Virus record (IMG/VR): IMGVR_UViG_3300042399_000389
Span: 1-38,727 of that record
DNA length: 38,727 nt
DNA from: a virus
Lineage: Duplodnaviria; Caudoviricetes
Strand: one strand, 5' to 3'
This document shows, one piece after another, positions 27,357 to 35,750 of this stretch. How positions within the stretch are numbered: position 1 is the first letter of the stretch; every line of letters begins with the position of its first letter. The translations under genes and the position numbers were made by a program. A model generated the notes under the pieces. It was not told the DNA's origin and made no database searches. It saw only the letters and a program-made list of their open reading frames with translations.

Positions 27357-30300
27357 ATGACAACGTACGTAGCAGCAGGTGATCAGTGGACTAACACTGC
27401 TGACGCCAATGTAACTGATCCTACTACAGGACAAGTTATAAAACCTGGTACTACTGTCGAATTTAATGGAGAGGACTGGAGCTATATTTCAGTCCTTCCG
27501 ACTAAATCGGCAACAGCGCCGACAGAACAAGTAATGGGGCAATTGTGGGTTAACACTTCAGTTACCCCTAATACTTTATCTCAATATATCCCAGCAACAG
27601 ATACTTGGGATGTCATAGCAACACTAGTAGATGGTCCAGAAGATCTTAATTGTGAAGCTTATTCAACTCACAATGCGTATTTAGGTTTATATTCAGGATC
27701 GTATTATTACTCAAAAGGCGATGTAGTAAGCTATCAAGGAAAGAAATGGTGGGCATTAAGAGCTAATCAAGGCTCTACACCAGAAGAAAATGCTGACTGG
27801 ACGCTATTAACATCTACAGGAGAATCGGGCAAGTCATTGTTTGATATATCTTTTTACCAAGTAGCTCTTTCAGCACCTACGCAAAACCCTGTTGGCAGTT
27901 TTACAAGAGATATGGTAACAGGAGTAACAGCGGCAGACGCAGGTTTTCAACTTAACGGTTGGGCTGTAAACCCTCCAGCGGCTGTCTTAGGGCAAACATT
28001 ATGGAGAGTTACAAATACTGTTGAAGTAACCGCAGGGATGGCAAGTAGTGGCTCAATTGCTTGGATACCTAAAACGCCAACAGCTATGAGTGCTTCCGGT
28101 GTCTCCGCTAACTTTACAGTAGGTACTGTAACAAAGGGTGATAACCCTTCTGTAACTAAGACAGGCACTGCTGGTGATTTTACACTAGATTTTGTACTGC
28201 CTAAGGGCGATCCAGGTGCTGCTGAGAGATATGATATTTTAGGCGGTACTACATATATTGATTGTAATCATATAACAGGTGTTCCTGTATTAGAGTTTTT
28301 AATATTTTCATTATTGAAAAGCTTAGGAACGTCTACTTCAGATGTCACTAGCGTAGTCTGGTCAGCCTACTCAATGTCACAATATGGCTATGCAGGTAAT
28401 GCTATACCTGTAAGTAATTTAAATAATGGTGCTGTTAATGTTCCTTTAGCTACTTGTCGGTGGGGTTTAGTAATTAGCGCAAAGTTAACTGCAAACGGCC
28501 CTACAGTTGCAAGTAAATTCATTGCACCTCAGCTTATTGAGATTCCTGGACCAAAGGGTGATACAGGGACAAAAGGTGATACAGGCAATACTGGCACAAT
28601 CAATGTCGGTACTGTAAGTGCAATAGCATATGGTTCTACTCCTACTGTAGTTAACTCAGGGACATCTACAGCCGCTGTATTTAACTTTGGGTTGCCACGT
28701 GGTGAGAAAGGTGATGCAGGCGTAATTAGTAGCGTAACAGCTACATCTACAGCAGCAGGTACAACAGCTGCAGTTACGTTAGGTGGCACACCTAGTGACC
28801 GTACAATTGCACTGAGTATTCCAAAAGCTTATAACGGTACAAGCCGTGTATTTATTGAAATGTATAAATGGGCAGTAGATGAGCCTACTATAAAACCTTC
28901 AGGTACTTCTACTTATACATGGGCAGATGACACGTATAGCTGGCCTACAGGCGGTTCTAATTCATGGACAGCTTATCCAGGTGCTGCACCAGGTGGTATG
29001 ACGCTTTGGGTAGTTAGAGCAAAGATTGTTAGCCAAACAGTAGATGTAACAACAGATGTTACTTGGTCAGATGCTGTAATCTATCCTATTAGCGGGTCTG
29101 GTCCAGGCTCTTATACTTGGATTAAATATGCAACTGCTGCTGATGGCACAGGCATGACAGATACTTATAGCGATACTATGAAGTTTATGGGTATTGCTGT
29201 AAATAAGCTGACGGCTACAGAGTCTACTAGTGCTGCTGCATATGACTGGGTTAGAATTAGAGGTGCTGATGGTATTGATGGGGTTTCTACTACTATGTAT
29301 AAGGTAGAGCCTGTTGATCCAATCCTAACTAAGAATGCTGCAACTGGAACTTTGAATAAAACTCAAATTACTTTTAATTCGTATGCTAGAACAGGGGTTG
29401 GTGCTTTCGTAGATTATGCAGCGTTTTGGCGTGTGTATTTAGATGGCGTAGAAGTTAATGCCTCTGCTGCAAGTACTTCAACAAAGGCTGCAACTATTAC
29501 TAGTGGTTCAAGTTACGTTAAAGCAATCATCTATTCAGATTCTGCTAGAACAATTAAGATAGATGAGGTATATGTACCTATTGTAAATGAAGGTCCAAAA
29601 GGTGATACAGGTACTTTAGCATTAGGTACAATAGCTACAGGTGCTCCAGGTTCTACTGTTGCAATTACTAACACAGGGACAGCGTCTGCTGGTATTCTTA
29701 ATATTACAATACCTAGAGGAGATGTAGGCGCTACGGGTGCTGTACAAACCATTTCTATTGGGACTGTTACAAAAGGTATCACAGCTGCTGTAACTCGCAC
29801 ATTAACAGGTTTAAATAATAGTTTTGATTTTGTACTACCACAAGGTGATAAGGGTGATGCGGGAACAATTTCTATTGGTACTGTATCTACAGGTGCTGCT
29901 GGCTCTAATGTTGCCATTACGAACGTAGGTACAGCTTCTTCGGCTATCCTTAATATTTCAATACCAAAAGGTGATCAAGGATTACCGCCTACAATAACAG
30001 CTAATAGTACTACAACAGGTACTGCAGGCTCATCTGCTAGTGTTACATTGGATGCGTCAAGCACTTCTACAGCCGCTAAATTTAACTTTACAATACCGAA
30101 GGGTGATAAGGGGGATGCTGGTAATGCAGGTAGTATTACTGTAGGTACAGTAACCACTGGTAATGCAGGCACAAACGCTGCAGTTTCAAATAGCGGAACT
30201 ACATCTGCAGCTGTATTTAATTTTACAATCCCTAGGGGTGATATTGGGCCTGTTGCCGCATTTAGTGTGGGTACAGTTACAACAGGTAGCGCAGGCTCTA

Positions 30301-31163
30301 GTAGTGCTGCAAGTATAAGTGGAACAAGTGCTAGCCCTGTGTTAAACCTAACAATTCCAAAAGGCGATAAAGGAGATATTGGCCCTAATCTATTTATAAC
30401 ATCTAGCAGAGAGTTAGCTTTCTATTCGGTTGATAACATATATTCTGGATCAGGTAATAGTAATATAACCCTAACAGCTGTTAAGTCGTCAGATATTACT
30501 AGTACAAGTTATGTATGGTCATTTTCAGGCTTTAATGGTGGGAATCCCTCTACTAGTGCTCAAAATGCTGTAATTAGTACGTCTAATATGGGTACATCTC
30601 GCGCAGCAACAGCCACTTGTACTATTGGCGGATACTCTTATATGGTAACTATTTATCGTATGAATGAAAGCTCTGCAGAAGCCGGGGCTACCGTTGGCGC
30701 AGATTGGAGCAGTAACGTAACAAATAGGCCTACTTCTTTATCTGGTATTAACTCAACGGAAGGCACGTTGCTTGGATTGTTTTCATATAGCGGATCTACT
30801 GTAACTTTAAATGCTAACTTCCAATCAAATGCTAATATTACTGCTTATTATTCTTCTGATGAAAGATTAAAAGAATGTGTACGTAAGATATATGATCCTA
30901 TTGGAAAGTTAAAATCAATATCAGGTAACAACTTTAAATGGGCAGAAGATTATTATGCTAAACAAGATTCTGATTTTGTTAAGGAATGGGATGTTGGTGT
31001 ACTTGCGCAAGAAGTAGAAAGAGTATTACCAGAAGCTGTTAGAAAACGTAGTGATGGATTCTTAGCGGTAGATTACGCTAAAATTATACCTTTACTTATT
31101 GAGGGTTTTAAAGCTCAACAAGAAATTATAGAGGAACTTAGAAATGCCATACAGCATAAGTGA
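27357..31163 (+). CDS. Tail fibre (1268 aa) with CBM5/12-like module, collagen-like repeats and C-terminal peptidase S74 intramolecular chaperone
   Basis: YSKGDVVSYQGKKW.A...N.G..P....W; about nine GTV..G...(F/L)N.TIP(K/R)GD units; SSDERLK...DVGVLAQEVE.VLPEAV...VDY..IIPLLIE; RBS AGGAG. Confidence 0.9.
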   Translation: MTTYVAAGDQWTNTADANVTDPTTGQVIKPGTTVEFNGEDWSYISVLPTKSATAPTEQVMGQLWVNTSVTPNTLSQYIPATDTWDVIATLVDGPEDLNCEAYSTHNAYLGLYSGSYYYSKGDVVSYQGKKWWALRANQGSTPEENADWTLLTSTGESGKSLFDISFYQVALSAPTQNPVGSFTRDMVTGVTAADAGFQLNGWAVNPPAAVLGQTLWRVTNTVEVTAGMASSGSIAWIPKTPTAMSASGVSANFTVGTVTKGDNPSVTKTGTAGDFTLDFVLPKGDPGAAERYDILGGTTYIDCNHITGVPVLEFLIFSLLKSLGTSTSDVTSVVWSAYSMSQYGYAGNAIPVSNLNNGAVNVPLATCRWGLVISAKLTANGPTVASKFIAPQLIEIPGPKGDTGTKGDTGNTGTINVGTVSAIAYGSTPTVVNSGTSTAAVFNFGLPRGEKGDAGVISSVTATSTAAGTTAAVTLGGTPSDRTIALSIPKAYNGTSRVFIEMYKWAVDEPTIKPSGTSTYTWADDTYSWPTGGSNSWTAYPGAAPGGMTLWVVRAKIVSQTVDVTTDVTWSDAVIYPISGSGPGSYTWIKYATAADGTGMTDTYSDTMKFMGIAVNKLTATESTSAAAYDWVRIRGADGIDGVSTTMYKVEPVDPILTKNAATGTLNKTQITFNSYARTGVGAFVDYAAFWRVYLDGVEVNASAASTSTKAATITSGSSYVKAIIYSDSARTIKIDEVYVPIVNEGPKGDTGTLALGTIATGAPGSTVAITNTGTASAGILNITIPRGDVGATGAVQTISIGTVTKGITAAVTRTLTGLNNSFDFVLPQGDKGDAGTISIGTVSTGAAGSNVAITNVGTASSAILNISIPKGDQGLPPTITANSTTTGTAGSSASVTLDASSTSTAAKFNFTIPKGDKGDAGNAGSITVGTVTTGNAGTNAAVSNSGTTSAAVFNFTIPRGDIGPVAAFSVGTVTTGSAGSSSAASISGTSASPVLNLTIPKGDKGDIGPNLFITSSRELAFYSVDNIYSGSGNSNITLTAVKSSDITSTSYVWSFSGFNGGNPSTSAQNAVISTSNMGTSRAATATCTIGGYSYMVTIYRMNESSAEAGATVGADWSSNVTNRPTSLSGINSTEGTLLGLFSYSGSTVTLNANFQSNANITAYYSSDERLKECVRKIYDPIGKLKSISGNNFKWAEDYYAKQDSDFVKEWDVGVLAQEVERVLPEAVRKRSDGFLAVDYAKIIPLLIEGFKAQQEIIEELRNAIQHK
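30858..31163 (+). other. Peptidase S74 autocleaving chaperone domain; predicted cleavage at the S|D of SDERLK
   Basis: SD.RLK, G..AQE and VDY motifs followed by a terminal coiled coil. Confidence 0.85.
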
Positions 31164-34100
31164 TGTAAATGTAGACTTAGGCAGAACTACAACAGCAACA
31201 ACAAGCTTAAATGAACCTGTAGTTAGAGATTTATTATTAGCAGACCCTTATCCTGCTCCTGTAAATTTATATCCAGACCTTTCACCTGAAAACAATACGC
31301 CACCAGTTTTATCTGTTAATACTATTACCCAAAATAGTTGTATCTTTACGTGGACAGGTGGTGAAACTTATGGTACATATCAGCTACGAGGTAGATGGAA
31401 AGATAAAGATGGCTATTGGGTAAATATTGCAGCTGGGAATACTTTAACAAAAGGGGCTGTATTTAATTTCGGTTATTCGGGTGATCTTCGTAATACAATG
31501 TACGGATATTATGAAGTGTTTATTGTAATTAGATTTAATGGAATTGATTATCTGCCTTCTAACACAGTTAATGTACAGCTCTTAGATTGGTCGTTTGAGG
31601 ATGGCTTTTATCCAGCTACGCCATATGGTGTAGGCAGCACCGCAGATGCAAACTACCCAAATCATAGTGTAACTTATCGATATGATATAAGATGGTTTAG
31701 ACTTGCTCTTAGGCTAAAAGGAGTTGCTGATTCTGAATTAGGAGGTAGTGCACCGGCCACATATACTAACTTCAGCATGTCAATACATAGAAATGTAACA
31801 ATCTATGATAGTAACAATTATAATGGTAATGTAGTAATGACTGTGCTTGCCGGTAATAATAATTATCTATGGGAAGCACCTAAGTTAATTATAGGCATTG
31901 ATGTAGGTAGTGATCATGACTTTACATTTGTATATTCAGGCATAGCTAATGTAGATCCTTCTGACTACGTATTAGGTCATTACGAAACAGATACAACTTA
32001 TCAGCCTGGTGATGTTGTTTGTATGTATAGTAATTTAGTAATGTGTATTAAAACATGCACTAATATTGAACCTTTTAATCATGCAAGCTGGTCTTATTAT
32101 TGGGACTATCCCCCTACAAATCCTGGAAGAGCTATTGCCTTTTGGAATACTCACTATGCTAGAAATAGTACTTTCATAAATAATGGTACTATTCTAGGCG
32201 GTGGTGGCGGTGGAGGACGGGGCGGTGAGACAACTATTACAGAATTATACTATAACCCTTCAGCTTTTATAAACCAAAAGTATTTAAAGGGAGATGCCGT
32301 AACGCACTCAGGTAATATATTTGTTTGTGTTACAGACACAGTGTCTGCTTACTTTAATGGTACTTTCACATGGTCAACACCCGTTAGGAGTTCTCACACA
32401 ACATACTGGCGTTTCTATGCCCTTAGCACCGAAAAGTTTTCAACAGGCTCAGATGGCCTTCAAGGTGGACCTGCTCTATACCAAGGTAGCGGAATATCAG
32501 GTGGCGTAAAGCTTATGAATAACGGTACAATCTTTGGTGGTGGTAATGGTGGTGGTGGAGGTGGTGGCGGTACAGTTCCTATGTCTTACGCAGTTGTTTA
32601 TGGGTTTAATGGTGAAGGTACATTTAGTAGTACGCCTGTAAGTCCTGCAGGTGGCGACGGTGGTCATGGTTCTTTCTATAACAGAGCTGAAGTAAACCCT
32701 TCTGTTGATTTCAAATACAAAGGTGGTATGGGTGGTAAAGGCTCCATAAATGGATTGACAGCAGGTGAGAATGCTACTGGTGCAAATCATGATTACAGCG
32801 GAGACGGTCTGGGTGGTGGTTATATTGCAAACAATTGGACAGAAGGTAGCTTCAATGTACTGCCTGGCGGTAAGCCGCTACCCCCTGTTTTAAGCATAGC
32901 AGCTGTTAGTCAAAATTCTATTACATTAGGAATAGCTAAGCAAGATCCTATTGGAGGCAATACACCGACAGGTTACTATATTTATGATAGTGCTAATGTG
33001 CAGCAAGGAAGTACTACAAACGATACATTTACAATAGCAGGACTGACATCAGATACGTCTTATAGTTATTACGTTACAGCGTATAATACTCTTGTATCAG
33101 CAAGCTCTAGCACTATAATTGGGAAGACAGCTTTAATATTGCCTACATTTACCTTTGGTGTTGATAATAAGACTTACAACTCATTTACAGTTATTATTAG
33201 CAAAGTTACCTCTGCTACTTATTATGAAATTTATTTTAATGACGTATTAAGGACTACAATAAATGATTCTGGGAACAGTACTACTGTGTATGCAACTGGC
33301 CCTACAATGGGGATCTCTTCAACAACTTATGTAAAAGTTAAGGCTTATAGTGGTACTAACTCTTCAGTGCTAACTCCTGCACAAGCGTGGACAACCACTT
33401 ATGCTGCTGTTCCCGCAGTGCCTACTTCATTTACATATGCAGAAACTACTAATACTACTGCATTGTTATCATGGTCTGGCAGTGGTATCTCGTATAAGAT
33501 AGCTGTTAAAAATCAGTCTAATAATGCTGTTACAAATTATACATCCAATATAATGAATATCACAGCTACTGGTCTAGGCTATGGCATTCTTTATGAGATA
33601 AGTATTGTTGCTGTTAATGAGATAGGTGACTCTATTGCTTATGTAATACCAAATGTAATGCTGGTTGACGTATCCCTACCAACATTATCTTTATCATCAG
33701 TTACTTCAAAAACCTTTACTGTATCTTTTGATGGGCCTGCATCAGGACACACCCATACCCTTAGACTACAGTCAATGGACTATTATGGCAACTGGGAAAC
33801 AGAGATTATAGGTACATACAGTAGTGGCAGTGCTTTCACCCCTCCTAATAGATCTCGTGGAAAGTATAGGCTAAGGATACAAGTTGCTAATTCTGGTGGA
33901 AAGGTCATGGCAACGCCTTATTTGGATGTACAACTTTCAGACTGGGTTATTAGTTCATCTAATAGTACCAATACACCTCAGAATTTTTCTTATGGTTGGT
34001 ACTTTAATGATGCATGGATACGAAATAATACTACTGCATTACCCGCCTCAAACGCAGAATCTACTTGCTTGCGTAGTGTAACTATAAATAGTTCTGGAAA

Positions 34101-34779
34101 CTATACAACTACAGTTAGTAGCGGTACAGCCAAGCCTTTAAAAATAGATATTTATGACTCTATTGAGAGCAACACAACACTAATTTTTAATAATAGCGGT
34201 ACTATTCAAGGCGAAACTCTTTCAACATCAAGAGTATTTAATCAACCTGAAAATGCTATTGACATTTACTGCGCATGTAAGTTAATACTGAATAACAACG
34301 GTATAATACGAGGCAGAGGCGGTAGTGGCGGCAGAGGTGGTTCTTCTATTTACAGAGGTGACAGTAGTGGCGAAAATGGCGGCCCAGGTGGTGATGCTAT
34401 TTTTACTTTTACTAACTTTATTCTATATAATTATGGCACATTAGCTTGCGGTGGTGGTGGTGGCGGAGGGGGCGGTGGTAATGGTTCAGGTAGTTCAGTC
34501 TGGGGCGGTAGCTCTTACGCTAGGAGTACAACCTATCCAACAGCATCAAGCAGTCATACAGGTACTAGCGGAACTTCAGGTAAAGCTGGCGGTGGTGCAG
34601 GAGGTTCTGGCGGTGATGGCGCAAACGGCGCTGCAGGTACAGGTGTATATGGTACCTACTCATCTGCCGGAGATTATAGAAGCATATATTCACCTGGTGG
34701 TAGTGGTGGTGCTAAAGGTGCTGCAATTACCGGCGGTGGTAGTGTAACTCTTTATAACTATGGGACATATAAACCATGA
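31144..34779 (+). CDS. Glycine-rich receptor-binding adhesin (T-even gp38-like), 1211 aa, with two adhesin modules and Fn3-like domains
   Basis: N-terminal SISDVNVDLGR...SLN...VR.L; repeated (N/Y)(N/Y)G.I.GGGG.GG motifs; Fn3-like segments (GLTSDTSYSYYVTAYN, GLGYGILYEISIVAVNEIG); directly follows an S74 fibre. Confidence 0.75.
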   Translation: MPYSISDVNVDLGRTTTATTSLNEPVVRDLLLADPYPAPVNLYPDLSPENNTPPVLSVNTITQNSCIFTWTGGETYGTYQLRGRWKDKDGYWVNIAAGNTLTKGAVFNFGYSGDLRNTMYGYYEVFIVIRFNGIDYLPSNTVNVQLLDWSFEDGFYPATPYGVGSTADANYPNHSVTYRYDIRWFRLALRLKGVADSELGGSAPATYTNFSMSIHRNVTIYDSNNYNGNVVMTVLAGNNNYLWEAPKLIIGIDVGSDHDFTFVYSGIANVDPSDYVLGHYETDTTYQPGDVVCMYSNLVMCIKTCTNIEPFNHASWSYYWDYPPTNPGRAIAFWNTHYARNSTFINNGTILGGGGGGGRGGETTITELYYNPSAFINQKYLKGDAVTHSGNIFVCVTDTVSAYFNGTFTWSTPVRSSHTTYWRFYALSTEKFSTGSDGLQGGPALYQGSGISGGVKLMNNGTIFGGGNGGGGGGGGTVPMSYAVVYGFNGEGTFSSTPVSPAGGDGGHGSFYNRAEVNPSVDFKYKGGMGGKGSINGLTAGENATGANHDYSGDGLGGGYIANNWTEGSFNVLPGGKPLPPVLSIAAVSQNSITLGIAKQDPIGGNTPTGYYIYDSANVQQGSTTNDTFTIAGLTSDTSYSYYVTAYNTLVSASSSTIIGKTALILPTFTFGVDNKTYNSFTVIISKVTSATYYEIYFNDVLRTTINDSGNSTTVYATGPTMGISSTTYVKVKAYSGTNSSVLTPAQAWTTTYAAVPAVPTSFTYAETTNTTALLSWSGSGISYKIAVKNQSNNAVTNYTSNIMNITATGLGYGILYEISIVAVNEIGDSIAYVIPNVMLVDVSLPTLSLSSVTSKTFTVSFDGPASGHTHTLRLQSMDYYGNWETEIIGTYSSGSAFTPPNRSRGKYRLRIQVANSGGKVMATPYLDVQLSDWVISSSNSTNTPQNFSYGWYFNDAWIRNNTTALPASNAESTCLRSVTINSSGNYTTTVSSGTAKPLKIDIYDSIESNTTLIFNNSGTIQGETLSTSRVFNQPENAIDIYCACKLILNNNGIIRGRGGSGGRGGSSIYRGDSSGENGGPGGDAIFTFTNFILYNYGTLACGGGGGGGGGGNGSGSSVWGGSSYARSTTYPTASSSHTGTSGTSGKAGGGAGGSGGDGANGAAGTGVYGTYSSAGDYRSIYSPGGSGGAKGAAITGGGSVTLYNYGTYKP

Positions 34780-35243
34780 TAGTACGGAAGATAAAAAGCC
34801 AAGAAGAAATGGCCAAGTGCGTAGATATGTATATTGACATCTACGAAAATGAAATTATCCCATTAGACCGTGACAAATCATTATTATCAATGAGACGTCA
34901 TGTTGCTGCAGGACAATTCTTTAAAGTAATTGAAGACAATGGAGAAGTAATAGCATGGATTGCTGGAGCAGTTTTAGAAAGAGAATTTATTGCAGAGAAA
35001 TACATGCAACAGATTTATTATTGTTCTAACCAAAAGGGTATGAAAGCTTATCGTTGTGTAGTATTGCTTCATAAGGCATTAATTGAAGAGTCTAAGAAAT
35101 TAAATATTAGACACGTATTGTCAACAGGCAGTCATGCAGACACTGAGAATGTATTCGTAAAAATTCTCGGTAAGAATGGTTGGAGCGTTAGAAATTATTT
35201 AGCAATATGGAGAAACGATGAAATACATATGGGCACGGCTTAA
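34776..35243 (+). CDS. GNAT-fold (acetyltransferase-like) protein
   Basis: MIVRKI start, F.VIEDNGEVIAWI beta strands, and L.KNGW terminal pattern; the acetyl-CoA loop (NQKGMKA) is degenerate. Confidence 0.55.
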   Translation: MIVRKIKSQEEMAKCVDMYIDIYENEIIPLDRDKSLLSMRRHVAAGQFFKVIEDNGEVIAWIAGAVLEREFIAEKYMQQIYYCSNQKGMKAYRCVVLLHKALIEESKKLNIRHVLSTGSHADTENVFVKILGKNGWSVRNYLAIWRNDEIHMGTA

Positions 35244-35400
35244 AGAGCCTTCAACATGGTTTGGACTGATTTCAGCTACATTGGCTGTATTAAGTTCATT
35301 CAAATTTGTTACACTAACAGCAGAAGAAATGGATAGTCTGCTTGCGTTGTCAGTTGCTCTTTTGGGCAGTGGTAGCGTAGTATCCAAAGATCCACAATAG
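35218..35400 (+). CDS. Holin-like small membrane protein (60 aa)
   Basis: RLKEPSTW.G start, two hydrophobic segments, last gene of the late operon; RBS GGAG. Confidence 0.65.
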   Translation: MKYIWARLKEPSTWFGLISATLAVLSSFKFVTLTAEEMDSLLALSVALLGSGSVVSKDPQ

Positions 35401-35406
35401 CGGTAC

Positions 35407-35434
35407 GCCTCGACACAACTGTCGGGGCTTTTTT
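35407..35434 (+). terminator. Intrinsic terminator ending the late operon
   Basis: GCCTCGACA-CAAC-TGTCGGGGC followed by TTTTTT. Confidence 0.9.
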
Positions 35435-35439
35435 ACGAG

Positions 35440-35640
35440 AGTCATGGGGGCAATTTTGCGGGGCAAGACGGGGCATTTCTGCACGAATTTTGGTGGGCGG
35501 CAAATCTGGGCGTGTGTGGCGCGGGGCGGTGGGGGCATCACTGGTGGATCAGGGCGGCAGTTGCGTGCCGTGTAGGGCGGTTTCTGGTGCCAGAACTGGT
35601 ACACGTGGGGCAGTTGCGTGCAGTTCTTCAGGTACACTCA
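35440..35640. other. G-rich non-coding island with short direct repeats (function unknown)
   Basis: 80 of 120 bases are G+C at 35461-35580. GGCAGTTGCGTGC occurs at 35556 and 35609, CGGGGCA at 35459 and 35469, GGTACAC at 35598 and 35631. Confidence 0.7.
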
Positions 35641-35651
35641 ACCCCGTTAAA

Positions 35652-35680
35652 TTAACCCTTGCGGCCTCCCCCTGTATTAT
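35652..35680 (+). promoter_or_regulatory. Possible sigma70-type promoter
   Basis: TTAACC-N17-TATTAT upstream of the first early gene; imperfect match in AT-rich DNA. Confidence 0.3.
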
Positions 35681-35695
35681 CTCTCTTAGTAATAC

Positions 35696-35727
35696 GGAAA
35701 TAATAGTATCTTATATGAAGTACAATA
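35696..35727 (+). promoter_or_regulatory. Conserved phage promoter/operator motif, copy 1
   Basis: GGAAA-N5-GTATCTTATATGAAGTACAATA; the 22-mer is at 35706-35727, upstream of RBS AGGAG and the ATG at 35751. Confidence 0.8.
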
Positions 35728-35750
35728 ATAACTTTATATAGGAGAATACT

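Noticed and set aside
27340-27360. Read-through or stop-codon reassignment joining tip and fibre genes
   Set aside because: The genes are in different frames and the fibre has its own AGGAG RBS. TAA, TAG and TGA all end genes normally in this window.
27357-34779. Diversity-generating retroelement or invertible cassette acting on the fibre genes
   Set aside because: No reverse transcriptase, invertase, adenine-variant repeat pair or flanking inverted repeats were seen in the window.
35540-35547. Chi-like ACTGGTGG
   Set aside because: It does not match E. coli Chi (GCTGGTGG), the host is unknown, and similar words arise from Thr-Gly-Gly codons elsewhere.
14589-35640. Regular spacing of about 7 kb between GC islands (14.7, 21.6, 35.5 kb)
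   Set aside because: The predicted positions near 0.8, 7.8 and 28.5 kb show no comparably clear islands, so periodicity is unsupported.
35309-35741. ORFs across the G-rich island (35309..35503, 35350..35637, 35490..35741)
   Set aside because: They are open because GC-rich DNA has few stops. They cross the terminator or promoter motif and have implausible composition.
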